Of a DNA stretch of 64,000 nt, positions 38,305 to 51,477 are shown one piece after another. The notes beneath the pieces are model-generated. The model had not been told where the DNA came from. It did no database searches and saw nothing but the letters and a program-made list of their open reading frames with translations. The DNA comes from Octopus vulgaris (lineage: Eukaryota): the NCBI GenBank assembly GCA_951406725.2, contig OX597833.1, positions 57,350,001 through 57,414,000 on the forward strand, given 5' to 3'. The position numbers and the translations under genes were made by a program. How positions within the stretch are numbered: position 1 is the stretch's first letter; each line of letters begins with the position of its first letter.

Positions 38305-38675
38305 TTTACTCTTTTACTTGTTTCAGTCATTTGACTGTGGCCAGGCTGGAGCACCGCCTTTAGTCGAGCAAAGACCTCAGGACTTTATTCTTTGTAAACC
38401 TAGTACTTATTCTATCGGTCTCTTTTGCCAAACCGCTAAGTTACGTGGATGTAAACACACCAGCATCGGTTGTCAAGCGATGTTGGAGGGACAAACACAG
38501 ACACACACACACACACACATACATATATGCATATATACGACAGGCTTCTTTCAGTTTCCGTCTACCAAATCCGAGGCTATAGTAGAAGACACTCGTCCAA
38601 GGTGCCACGCAGTGGGACTGAACCCGGAACCATGTGGGTCGGTAAGCAAGCTACTTGCCACACAGCCACACCTGC
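38305..38675 (-). mobile_element. SINE family A
   Basis: tail-to-head match to the family. Confidence 0.85.
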
Positions 38676-40062
38676 CAAAGTTATTTTAATGAATTCTTGA
38701 TTTATGCATTTCTTCAGTATTTTTTATGATCCATAACTTACAGGTGCCACGCAGTGGGACTGAACCCGGAACCATGTGGTTGATAAGCAAGCTACTTACC
38801 ACACAGCCACACCTGCCAAAGTTATTTTAATAAATTCTTAATTTTTCAAAATCGACTTAATCCTTTTCTCTGTCCTTGTTTGTCCCCCTCTATGTTTAGC
38901 CCCTTGCGGGCAATAAAGAAATAAGATTCAAAGGTGATGTCAGACAAGTTGTTAAGAAATGTATTTCTTCAGTATTTTTTATGATCCATAACTTACAACA
39001 ATTTGTTTGTATCATTAGTTACACTCGAATTGTACTGAAAAGAATACATCTGTGAAAATAGTAAAAAGGGAAATTTGTACTTAAGATGGACAAGACAAAC
39101 TATAAAGAAACTACAAAGCACCTATGGGAATTGGTATATGTTGTACATAGTATGGTTATGAATAATATGATCTATGGCTCTCTAGATTTCTCAGCCTTAA
39201 ACAATATGTGTGTAAAATAAAATAATAGGTGATATCTTTGGTAAACAATATTGATCAACAGACATGTGTAACTTATAGAATCAGCCTTCTTTTATTGAAT
39301 CATTCCCCATTCAGGGAAATGGCATTTCTATTAAATTGTTATGTTTCATTATTGTTAGTTACATAAACATTCCAGCTATCATTTTATAAAATGCTTTTTG
39401 TCTCTATCTCTGTCTCTCTTCTCTCCCTTTTCACGTGTATGGGGCCATTTTAAGTGCTCCATTCAGGTGCATGTGAAAATATCAGGGATTCCCATGAAAA
39501 CACGGCAAGGTAAATTACAATACAAACAAACAGTGGATGTTTGGTGAGTGACTCAGTAGAAATAAACAAACAAACAAACAAACATATTCCTGATTCCTCA
39601 ACATGAAAAAAAAAAAAAAAATCCAAATAAACATTCATTTTTTTAATTATTGGATTGGTCAGAAAGGAGAGGCACTGACCAACCTCATCAGATTTCTGAT
39701 TACAATTCCAATGAAGAAACAATTATTTCATACAATAATACATTGGCTGATATTTGGTTAGTGACTCAGTAGAAAATACAAACACATTTCTAGTTCTCCA
39801 CTATGAATAACTGAGGTTTATGGATCAACTTTACTGGATTTAGGATTTACAGTGAAATACTGACAATCATATTTCTTTTTTTACCATTGTAATTGAATCT
39901 CATATATATTTATTTTTTTCCATAAGATTTTAATATTTTTTTTTCCTTCTAAGTTTGAAATTACAGATTGGTGAAATGTATCTTTTTACAAAACCTTCAG
40001 CAGAAAATATAAAACATTTGAAAATCTGATTCTAACTAAGTGAAATTCTGGTTTCTAATTTA

Positions 40063-40953
40063 TACCTATTTCTTTACTACCCAGAAAGGGCTTAACACAT
40101 AGGGGACAAACAAGGACAGACAAATAGATTAAGTCAATTACATCGACCCCAGTGCGTAACTGGTACTTAAATTTATCGACCCCGAAAAGATGAAAGGCAA
40201 AGTGAACCTCGCCGGAATTGGCAGACAAAATTCCTATTTCTTTACTACCCACAAGGGGCTAAACACAGAGGGGACAAACAAGGACAGACAAACAGATTAA
40301 GTCGATTACATCGACCCAGAAAGGATGAAAGGCAAAGTCGACCTCAGTGGAATTTGAACTCAGAACAAAACGGCAGACGAAATTCCTATTTCTTTACTAC
40401 CCACAAGGGGCTAAACACAGAGGGGACAAACAAGGACAGACAAACAGATTAAGTTGATTACATCGACCCCAGTGTGTAACTGGTACTTGATTTATTGACC
40501 CCGAAAGGATGAAAGGCAAAGTCGACCTTGGCGGAATTTGAACTCAGAACATAACGGCAGACGAAATTCCTATTTCTTTACTACCCACAAGGGGCTAAAC
40601 ACAGAGGGGACAAACAAGGACAGACAAACAGATTAAGTCGATTACATCGACCCCGAAAGGATGAAAGGCAAAGTCGACCTCGGTGGAATTTGAACTCAGA
40701 GCATAACGGCAGACGAAATTCCTATTTCTTTATTACCCACAAGGGACTAAACAGAGAGGGGACAAACAAGGACAGACAAACAGATTAAGTCGATTACGTT
40801 GACACCAGTGCATAACTGGTACTTAATTTATCGACCCCGAAAGGATGAAAGGCAAAGTCGACCTCGGCGGAATTTGAACTCAGAATGCAACGGCAGACGA
40901 AATACCGCTAAGCATTTCGCCAGGCGTGCTAACGATTCTGCCAGCTCGCTGCC
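40063..40953 (-). mobile_element. head-to-tail concatemer of SINE family B (one head, five bodies)
   Basis: unit starts (cctatttcttta) at 40065, 40233, 40385, 40569 and 40721; a single complete head at 40900-40953. Confidence 0.9.
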
Positions 40954-41253
40954 TTTCCTAACATAATTCATACCATGGACTTAAGCAGTGGGGTTTGTCA
41001 GGTAAATATCGAAGTGTAAGACAGCCATTAAGGTTTGAGAATCTTAACAGCTGATGGCCTGGCTGTTGCTACAGACAACGAGCATGTCCTGGAAGATGTC
41101 CAACACGGTTGATAAACAAACCATAATGAAGCGATTACAACAACAGGATTATTATCTTTGTGTAAAAGGTTTCCCCATTACCAATAATTATATATATTAT
41201 ATAAAAATATAATATATATAGACATACACATATGTATGCATATATTAATGACA

Positions 41254-41299
<46 letters not shown>

Positions 41300-41674
41300 C
41301 ACACATTTATACATACATATAAACACACACATATGCACATTTTTATTTATCATATAGATGCATATACAAATGTATATATGTATAGGTACATATATACATA
41401 GACGACAGGCTCTACCTAAATAGAGGCAAAGGAGGCAGAGGCTTGAAGCCAGTGCAGACAGCATTGAATATAGTCTCACTTAAATAGCAACTATAAAACA
41501 ATAGCACAGACACACAGCTAATATACAAGACATGTGTAAGCTTGTTTTATGACAATGTGCTTCTGTACTCAACCTCTCTCACTGTATGATATATTGACCA
41601 AGTGTCTTTTAATGCTGAGCTGACCATTATTTACTGGACAGAGTTTAGTAAACACACACACACACACATATATA

Positions 41675-42030
41675 CTCTTTTACTTGTTTCTGTCATTTGA
41701 CTGTGGCCATGCTGGAGCACTGCCTTTTAGTCGAGCAAATCGACCCCAGGACATATTCTTTGTAAGCCTAGTACTTATTCTATCGGTCTCTTTTGCCGAA
41801 CCGCTAAGTTACGGGGATGTAAACACACCAGCATCGGTTGTCAAGCGATGTTGGGGGGACAAATACAGACACACAAACACGCACACACACATATATATAC
41901 ATATATATATACGATGCGCTTCTTTCAGTTTCTGTCTACCAAATCTACTCACAAAGCTTTGGTCGGCCCGAGGCTATAGTAGAAGACACTTGCCCAAGGT
42001 ACCATGCAGTGGGACTGAATCCGGAACCAT
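41675..42030 (-). mobile_element. SINE family A (counterpart at 50945-51300)
   Basis: family match, head truncated at (TA)n. Confidence 0.85.
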
Positions 42031-42031
42031 A

Positions 42032-42065
<34 letters not shown>

Positions 42066-42221
42066 CCCATGCTAGCATGGAGAACGGACGTTAAACGACG
42101 ATGATGATGATGATATATATATAACGGGAGGCTTTATGAAAATAAACAAAAGACGAAGGCAGGTGGAAAACAAACGAACAATTGTATTAGTATGGCGCTC
42201 AGGAAATATAAATAAAACAAG

Positions 42222-42259
42222 TCTTTAACGTTTCGAGCCTACGCTCTTCAACAGAAAGA
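42222..42259 (-). ncRNA. minimal type-I hammerhead ribozyme-like motif (A6-to-U core variant) within a Penelope-like fragment (42125-42406)
   Basis: Minus strand UCUUU-CUGUUGA-A-GAGC(GUAG)GCUC-GAAAC-GUU-AAAGA: 5-bp stem I, 4-bp stem II, palindromic AACGUU helix III. Confidence 0.45.
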
Positions 42260-42505
42260 TACACAGAGAGAGAAAAACACAGAAAGAAGGAGAGAAAAAA
42301 AATGCGTGCAGTAGCTAACGAATCAACATGGCGATCTGATTTCGGCCAGAGGTCAAAGATCAAACATGAGACGCGAGAGCGAAATAAGGGGAGATAATAG
42401 GGTTGATATGTATATGTATGTATACATACATATATAATTATACATATATCAATAAAAAATGTATCTGAAACAGCTATAGTGAACCCTAACCCATTTGTGT
42501 TCTTT

Positions 42506-42553
<48 letters not shown>

Positions 42554-43272
42554 TAAAAGTGGTGCTCCAGCATGGCCGCAGTCAAATGACTGAAACAAGC
42601 AAAAGAATATACATATATATATACAAAAATTAGTATGCCATAAAAAATAAAATACAGTTGTTCCATTTGACAGTGATTATGTCCCTTTACTTCCAGGTCA
42701 AGTTAAGTCTTGTCTTTGGTTATGAGATCAATAAAAAGCAAATACCAAATGGAGGACTTAGGGGTTGATATATTTGACCGAAAAACCTTGAAGTGAGTGC
42801 CCCAAATTGGTCGCAGTCCTATTACTAAAACCACCAAAAAGAATGGAAGCTCAACCTATCTGTCTGTCAACCTATCTGTCTTATTTCTATCGGCAGCACT
42901 CATTTTGTACCACGGAAGAGCAAATTACTCTTTGGCCAAATCTACCTTGTCCATCTCCCCTATGGCCACCACTGGAATCTGCGGGTCAACAGAAATGGAC
43001 TGGATAGCACAGGTCTAATGCAACATATTGAGGCTGCCACACTGCACATCATGCAATTTGGTGCAACATGTCGATGTGCATTGTGCGGATAGTTCTCAGC
43101 ACAACATTGGAAATAGATATTTTGTCTCTTGCCAAGCTGTCAGGCCAACTAAACTATTTGTAAGTCTATATAGGACTGTTTGGTTTCTGGGTGAGTCAGA
43201 CTTGACCTGCAGCAACAAAATAGTAACAGCTTGCTTCAAAAAGTTCAGACACCCTATACATTATTTATACGT

Positions 43273-43309
<37 letters not shown>

Positions 43310-43402
43310 CACATGAATATAGATACACATAGATATACATAGGGACATATACACAAATACATATATACACGGGTACATATATACACATAAATATACATAT
43401 AG

Positions 43403-43433
<31 letters not shown>

Positions 43434-44039
43434 CACACACAAATATAGATATACATAAATATGCATAGGGACATATACACACATAAATATACATATGCAT
43501 ATATACACGGGTACATACATACACACACAAACACACATGAATACAGTTACACATGAATATACATATGCACATATACACAAATACATATAAATACACACAC
43601 AGATATAGATACACACACACACATATTATAAGTGTGTGTGTGTGTGCGTGTGCTTTAGCAGATCTGTCCACACACACACACACACACGAATATAGATACA
43701 TATAAATATACATATACACAAAAATACATATACCCACACACACACAAGAACATGCGACGGAGTAATCGGCACATACATGCATAAACACACGCGCGCGCGT
43801 GCGTGCGCGCACGCACACACACACACTCTCACACTCTCTCTCTCTAAAGCATTGTTTGTCTGAGACGGATCAAGGGAGGTATGTGTGTGTATGCAAAACG
43901 ACTATTTCCTGACAATTACACCACACAGAGAGACACCTGACCGTAGGAATGTGTGTGCAAATGGGCACAAGACAATCTGACATTTACACACACAAGAATG
44001 TAAGTGTCTAAGTGCTTGTGCATATGTGTGTGTGTGCGT

Positions 44040-44070
<31 letters not shown>

Positions 44071-44179
44071 GGAAAACTTCTTTGCATTACTCGTTTGTCA
44101 TGTTTGTTTGTCTCAGTAAGGTAGAGTCAAAAAGAAAGGTGGGTCGTCTTTTCCACTGCAAGAGGTCGGAGATACTGAG

Positions 44180-44215
44180 AGAGAAAGATAGAAAGAAAGA
44201 AAGATAGACAGACAG

Positions 44216-44275
<60 letters not shown>

Positions 44276-44340
44276 GACAGAGAGAGGGATAGAGATAGAT
44301 AGATAGATAGAGATAGATAGATAGATAGATAGAAAGAGTG

Positions 44341-44372
<32 letters not shown>

Positions 44373-44417
44373 GAGAGAGAGAGGGGGAGGGAGAGATAGA
44401 TAGAGAGAGAGACACAC

Positions 44418-44452
<35 letters not shown>

Positions 44453-44525
44453 TAGAGAGAGAGATAGAGAGAGAGAGGGATAGAGATAGATAGATAGATA
44501 GATAGATAGAAAGAGAGAGAGAGAT
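44180..44525. repeat. (GATA)n/(GA)n/(GACA)n microsatellite (counterpart ~53105-53472)
   Basis: directly visible. Confidence 0.95.
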
Positions 44526-45609
44526 AGTTTTGAGCTACTAATTATAATGACCATCCCTGAATAAAGATTGGGCTGGGCTGAGCTGCTCACAAACACTTCA
44601 GACATGGAAAAAGAGAAAGAAGGAGTGGGTGGAATGGAGAGGGTGGGTGAGTGAGAAGTTAGCAATATGGGGGAAAGAGTGAAAGAAAAGAGAAGACATT
44701 AAGAGAGAAAGAACGGAACAGACTAAGGACCAACAAGTAATCCACACCTTTCTGGGGTTTTTTTGTTTTTGTTTTTGGGATTACAGTACATCTTGTGTTA
44801 CATGATCCAATGTCTTCTGCTTCTCATTCACAATTTCTAGCAAACTGAGAGATTATGTTAAGATCCCTTTGCTGTCTATGTGTTGTTGTTGCTAAGCCAA
44901 GGTCAATGCAGATGAAGGACCATCCCATCACTGTACATTTAGGACATTATCCAGTTGAGAGTGTCTTGTTTTGTATGGTACCACATGAGACTCGGCTACT
45001 ATTTCTAGCAGGGCGAGCAGCTCGATAGAGGCTCTAATGTTGATTGTATTTCTGTATTGTTCTGCAGTCGAGATATTAGAAAAAAGAACCCTGGGAAAAT
45101 CTATGAAGCATTTACCAGGCTTGCCTTTGTCCATGTCAGTGTTATTAAATCTACACATTATTTCATAAATGAATATATGCCATAAACAAACATACAAAGA
45201 AAGGGAATTACAAACAAAGGCAGGTACAAAGGTGGTAGTGTGTGTTTCTCTGCAGTCTCAGTATATACACACTCAATTAGTTCCACTTTCTCTTTTGTAA
45301 TGTGAGCAGATATATGTAGTTCCTCTGCGACAGGAAACCTGTTCTGCTCTACAATCTCCTAGCAAACTAGTGAGGCCATCTTGTAAACCACTAGTGTTGG
45401 TGGCAAGGAGAAAGAAAAAAAGATCACTAAGTACACATGTTGTAAACTGGCTGGCATTAGGGATGGCATCCAGTCGAAGAAACCATGCCGAAACAATCAC
45501 AGGAGCACAATGCAGTCCGTGGCTTCATCAGGCCATGTCAAACCATTCAACCCATGTCAGCATGGAAAACTGATGCTGAATGGTGTTGTTGATGATATAT
45601 ACATATATC

Positions 45610-45969
45610 AGGCGCAGGGGTGGCTGTGTAGTAAGTAGCTTGTTTACCAACCACATGGTTCTAGGTTCAGTCCCACTGCGTGGCACCTTGGGCGAGTGTC
45701 TTCTACTATAGCCTCGGGTTGACCAAAGCCTTGTGAGTGGATTTGGTAGACAGAAACTGAAAGAAGCCCATCGTATATATGTATATGTGTGTGTATATGT
45801 TTGTGTTTGACCCCCCAACATCGCTCGACAACTGATACTGGGCAAAAGAGACCGATAGAATAAGTACTAGGCTTACAAAGAATAAGTCCTAGGGTCGATT
45901 TGCTCGACTACAGGCAATGCTCTAGCATGGCCACAGTCAAATGACTGAAACAAGTAAAAGAGTAAAAGA
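45610..45969 (+). mobile_element. SINE family A (counterpart 54558-54919)
   Basis: ggcgcaggggtggctgtg ... gtaaaagagtaaaagaa. Confidence 0.85.
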
Positions 45970-45971
45970 AT

Positions 45972-46264
45972 ATCATCATCATCATCATCATCGTTTAACG
46001 TCCGCTTTCCATGCTAGGACAAATGACTGAGGACTGGTGAACCAGATAGCTGCACCAAGCTCCAATCTTGATCTGGCAGTGTTTCTACAGCTGGATGCCC
46101 TTCCTAGCGCCAACCACTCCGAGAGTGTAGTGGGTGCTTTTACATGCCAGTCAGGTGGTACTGGCAACGACCTCGCTCGAATCTGTTACACATGCCACCG
46201 GCACAGGTGCCAGTAAGGCGATGCTGGTAACGATCAAGCTCGAATGGTGTCTTTTACGTGCCAC
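45972..46264 (-). mobile_element. SINE family C (counterpart 54921-55199)
   Basis: (atc)n gtttaacgtccgctttccatgctag ... ggatgcccttcct ... ttttacgtgccacc. Confidence 0.8.
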
Positions 46265-47995
46265 CATACACATATATACATACATACACACCCACCCACA
46301 AAAAAATCACACTCATACAGCCTGCCTCTATTAAAATTGTTATTCTATGTTGGCGTGTAAAAAATCAAATACTATATTAAATAAATAAAGTAGAAGAAAG
46401 TTGAGTCAACAAGGTAGTCTGCGTACCATATGTAGGTATATCCTTACCTCTGGGCAAAATTTTGCCTGCATTCTAAAAATCTATATTTTAAAACACTTTT
46501 TAAACCTTAAGACCAAAATAGAAAATTAAAGAGACATTGTTTTTCTCAAGGTAGGAATGGCTGCCACAGGTTCTAATGCACCTGAGTACTAAAAGAGAAA
46601 AAGAACGGTTCTTCAGGTCTTCTTTATGTGAACACTCAATCTGCTAAATGTTGTTGACAAAACTCTCTTAAATCAAACTCTAAAAGATTTTTTGAGAGAC
46701 AAATACAAGAAGGTCATGGTTGGAATACACTTCTGATCATAGGTCTGGCTCAAACAGAGCCAGCCTGGTGTTGAACAAAAACAACAACTGCTCATACACG
46801 GAGAATTGCAGTAGTGAGCTATCACATAAATTTGTTGTTGTTTTGCCCAGGTCAGTCTTGATTGAATAGGACTATGAGCAAAGACATTCCAGTTGTGATC
46901 ATCCTGTCTTTTTTTTTTTTAATCTTATCTCAAACATCTTTTATCTTTTGCTTGTTTCAGTCATTGGACTGTGGCAGTGCTGGGGCATCACTTTGGTTTT
47001 AGTTGGACAAATTGACCCTAATACTTTAAATTTTTTTAGTCAGGTGCTTATACAAAGACACACACAGAAAGATATATACACATATGATGGCCATCCACAC
47101 ATAGTTTCTGACCAAAGCATTGGCCAGTCTGGGGATATAGTAGAAGACACTTGCTCAAGGTACCATGCAGGGGACTGAACCTGGAACCAGTGAAATTGCA
47201 AAGTGAACTTAATAACCACACATCCATTTACACTTTGTTTTTTCTAAGACAACAGGGTATGATTTGAGGGAGATTTGGTCATTATTTTTAGCAGGTCAAA
47301 TGACTTCCTTGTGAGCTCATGCATGAGTGTGTGATTTCATTTTCTCCCACTTCTCTTTTAGTCTCATATAACCATATACAATTAAATTGCATAGCAACAT
47401 TTTATGAGAAACCTTTTAAAAATTCTTGTCTAATTTTTTTTTTCTGATACACAGCACAAACTTTCAAATTATGATTAAAAAAACAAAATAGATATATTTC
47501 TAGAACTTCTCTCTACTGGGTTAGGATTCTATAAATTTTAAAATGTGTATAAAATTGCCAAGACAACATCTACTGGGAATTAAAAATTTGGTGTGAGAGA
47601 AAGCAGGTAGCAATGGTAGCTAGAATGAGAGGATCTTTCCCTTCTGTGAAGGGTTGGGAAGCACAGAGCTGCTAATCTATCTTGATAGATGTGCAGGGTC
47701 CAATTAAGTTTGGTGCCAGACTTGGCATACAGGGAAGTCCCAAAAGGGGCAGCTTTCACAAAAAGATTTCTAATTAAAGTGGAAAGAAGTTATACACACA
47801 CACAGATACATACACACAAATATATAGACATAGATACACACAGACAGATGTACACACACACATATATAGACATAGATACACACAGACAGATGTACACACA
47901 CACACACATACATATATATATAGACATAGATACACACAGACAGATGTACACACACACACACACATATATATATAGACAGATACACAGACAGATGT

Positions 47996-48034
<39 letters not shown>

Positions 48035-48164
48035 CATAGATACACACATACAGATGTACACACACACACATATATATTCATATGTGTACAGACACACATA
48101 CATGGAAACAAAGTCTATGAAATAGATATGAGAGAGACAAGATACATGGAAAGAGAGCATGTAG

Positions 48165-48201
<37 letters not shown>

Positions 48202-48829
48202 TAGTGAAAGAGTGAAGGTCCAATTGTGCATGAGGGAGGTAAAGCTGTGGCGAAGAAGGTGGGAATTCCTTCTTGAAAATAAGCCATTTCATTCAGAGAT
48301 GCCATAAAAGTGAATCACGCATTTCACCAGTTTACCATTTTTTACCATTTACCAACAGAAATGAAACATCGCTGGAACAATCATGTCTTTGAGCTATCAG
48401 GAAAGAGGAGGGAGAAGTGGAGGACAAGGAAGAAGAGGGACATGGTTTATTATTCAATTTTGTTTGCACAATATTATCTGCAGAGTGGACATCCCTGGCA
48501 GGCAGGCAAACCAAGTGCCCAGTGGCAGGGTAAGCCGAAGCAGGGGGTGGGTGGGGGAAGAAACAGAGAAACTGATGATGAATAACAATAGAAGTGTTAG
48601 GAAGTGGTAGGCGAGGTTGGATGGTGGTAGGTAGGATGAGGAACGGAATGGTGAAAATGCAATAATTATTGGGAGTGCAAACCTCAACCACCTTACCTAC
48701 CTACCTACCTACCTACATCATCGCTACCATCGATTCTTGTTCCATTCCTTGGTGGCGGAAAACAGGAAAATACAGGGAAGAGGGCAAAAGGGAAACAAGG
48801 CATGGAGGAATGGTAAGGGTTATTCAGAG

Positions 48830-49395
48830 AGAGAAGTGGGGAGAGAAGAGAGAGTAGGGGGAAGAGAGAGAGAATGAAAGTGTGAGAGTTGAGAGAGAGA
48901 AGAGAGTGAATGAATGAAAGTGTGTAAGAGAGGTGAGAGAGAGAGAGAGAGAGCAGAGAGAGAAAGAGCAGAGAGAGAGAGTGGAAAAGAGGAGGAGAGA
49001 GAAAAGAGAATGAGTGAGTGAAAGTGTGTAAGAGAGGTGAGAGATAGAGAAAGAAAAGAGATAGAGATGGATCAAGGAGACAGAAGAGAGAGAGAGAGTG
49101 AGTGAGCAAAGAGAGAGAGAGAGAGTGGAAAAGAGGAGAGAGAGAAGAGAGTGAGTGAGTGAATGTGTGTAAGAGAGGTGAGAGATAGAGAAAGAGAGAA
49201 AATAAGAGATTGAGAAGAGATAGAGATGGATCAAGGAGAGAGTGAGTGAGCAGAGAGAGAGAGAAAGACAGTGGAAAAAGAGAGAGAAAAGCGAGTGAAT
49301 GAGTGAAAGCGTGGGAGAGAGGGGAAAAAGTGAGAGATAAGAAGAGAGAATAAGAGATAGAGAGAAATGGATTGAGAAAGAGATAGGGAGAGAGA
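48830..49395. repeat. purine-rich (GA/GAGT) low-complexity tract (counterpart ~57740-58310)
   Basis: directly visible; gives the spurious Leu/Ser ORFs. Confidence 0.9.
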
Positions 49396-49620
49396 CCAAG
49401 TAAAACACTATTGGCTTTGTCGTTTAATATTCTGTCAATGCATTTGTTGTCTCTTCCCAGAGAATGCCAAGAGATTGTCACTATTATCAATTTGGCATAA
49501 TGCCAAGGACCCAGGAATCCCATCTCTTGCCAGCAGGTTAACACCATTTGACACAGCACAAGTAACAAAAAAAAAAAAATGTAAACATGTCACTTTATGT
49601 GTGTGTATATGTGTATATAT

Positions 49621-49828
49621 ACTCTTTACTCTTTTACTTGTTTCAGTCATCTGACTACGGCCATGCTGGAGCACCGCCTTTAATCGAGCATATCGACCCC
49701 GGGACTTATTCTTTTGTAAGCCCAGTCCTTATTCTATCGGTCATTTTTGCCGAACTGCTAAGTAACGGAGACATAAACACACCAGCATCGGTTGTCAAAC
49801 AATGCTAGAGGGACAAACACAGACACAG

Positions 49829-49890
<62 letters not shown>

Positions 49891-50062
49891 ACATATATAC
49901 GACGGGCTTCTTTCAGTTTCCGTCTACCAAATCCACTCACAAGGCTTTGGTCGTCCCGAGGCTATAGTAGAAGACACTTGCCCAAGGTGCCACGCAGTGG
50001 GACTGAACCCGGAACCATGTGGTCGGTAAGCAAGCTACTTACCACACAGCCACTCCTACGCC
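49621..50062 (-). mobile_element. SINE family A, full length (counterpart 58535-58973)
   Basis: family match. Confidence 0.88.
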
Positions 50063-50241
50063 TATGTATGTATATTTTCTTTTTTTCTTTTACCTTTAAA
50101 TCTTGAGTGATTCTCGTTATTTCAGGTGACCACAAGACACCTCTGGACAATGATTAGAATGTGGACATTTGGTTTCACTGATAATGACAATGATGATGAT
50201 GATGATGATAATAATAATAATAATGATGCTGATGAGGACAA

Positions 50242-50341
50242 NNNNNNNNNNNNNNNNNNNNNNNNNNNNNNNNNNNNNNNNNNNNNNNNNNNNNNNNNNN
50301 NNNNNNNNNNNNNNNNNNNNNNNNNNNNNNNNNNNNNNNNN
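50242..50341. other. assembly gap (100 N)
   Basis: run of exactly 100 n. Confidence 0.99.
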
Positions 50342-51301
50342 ACAGCTGATGGCCTGGCTGTTGCTACAGACAACGAGCATGTCCTGGAAGATGTCCAACA
50401 CGGTTGATAAACAAACCATAATGAAGCGATTACAACAACAGGATTATTATCTTTGTGTAAAAGGTTTCCCCATTACCAATAATTATATATGTGTGCATTT
50501 ATGGACAAGCATATGCATAATCACCTATATAAAAATATAATATATATAGACATACACATATGTATGCATATATTAATGACGTGTGCATATATATATACAT
50601 ATAAACACACATATATGTTTATCATATAGATGCATATACAAATGTATATATGTATAGGTACATATATACATAGACGACAGGCTCTACCTAAGAAGAGGCA
50701 AAGGAGGCAGAGGCTTGAAGCCAGTGCAGACAGCATTGAATATAGTCTCACTTAAATAGCAACTATAAAACAATAGCACAGACACACAGCTAATATACAA
50801 GACATGTGTAAGCTTGTTTTATGACAATGTGCTTCTGTACTCAACCTCTCTCACTGTATGATATATTGACCAAGTGTCTTTTAATGCTGAGCTGACCATT
50901 ATTTACTGGACAGAGTTTAGTAAACACACACACACACATATATACTCTTTTACTTGTTTCTGTCATTTGACTGTGGCCATGCTGGAGCACTGCCTTTTAG
51001 TCGAGCAAATCGACCCCAGGACATATTCTTTGTAAGCCTAGTACTTATTCTATCGGCCTCTTTTGCCGAACCGCTAAGTTACGGGGATGTAAACACACCA
51101 GCATCGGTTGTCAAGCGATGTTGGGGGGACAAATACAGACACACAAACATGCACACACATATATATATACATATATATATACGATGCGCTTCTTTCAGTT
51201 TCTGTCTACCAAATCTACTCACAAAGCTTTGGTCGGCCCGAGGCTATAGTAGAAGACACTTGCCCAAGGTACCATGCAGTGGGACTGAATCCGGAACCAT
51301 A

Positions 51302-51345
<44 letters not shown>

Positions 51346-51427
51346 ATATACATATATAATTATACATATATCAATAAAAAATGTATCTGAAACAGCTATA
51401 GTGAACCCTAACCCATTTGTGTTCTTT

Positions 51428-51477
<50 letters not shown>

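Larger units (their letters stand above)
41047..50241 (+). repeat. ~9.2-kb block, copy 1 (duplicated across the assembly gap)
   Basis: begins acagctgatggcctgg and ends gatgaggacaa; collinear with 50342-59152. Confidence 0.95.

Noticed and set aside
48705-49568. 287-aa Leu/Ser-rich membrane-like ORF (and the 256-aa counterpart at 57733-58503)
   Set aside because: It is the reverse translation of a GA-rich tract, and the translations of the two copies diverge across that tract.
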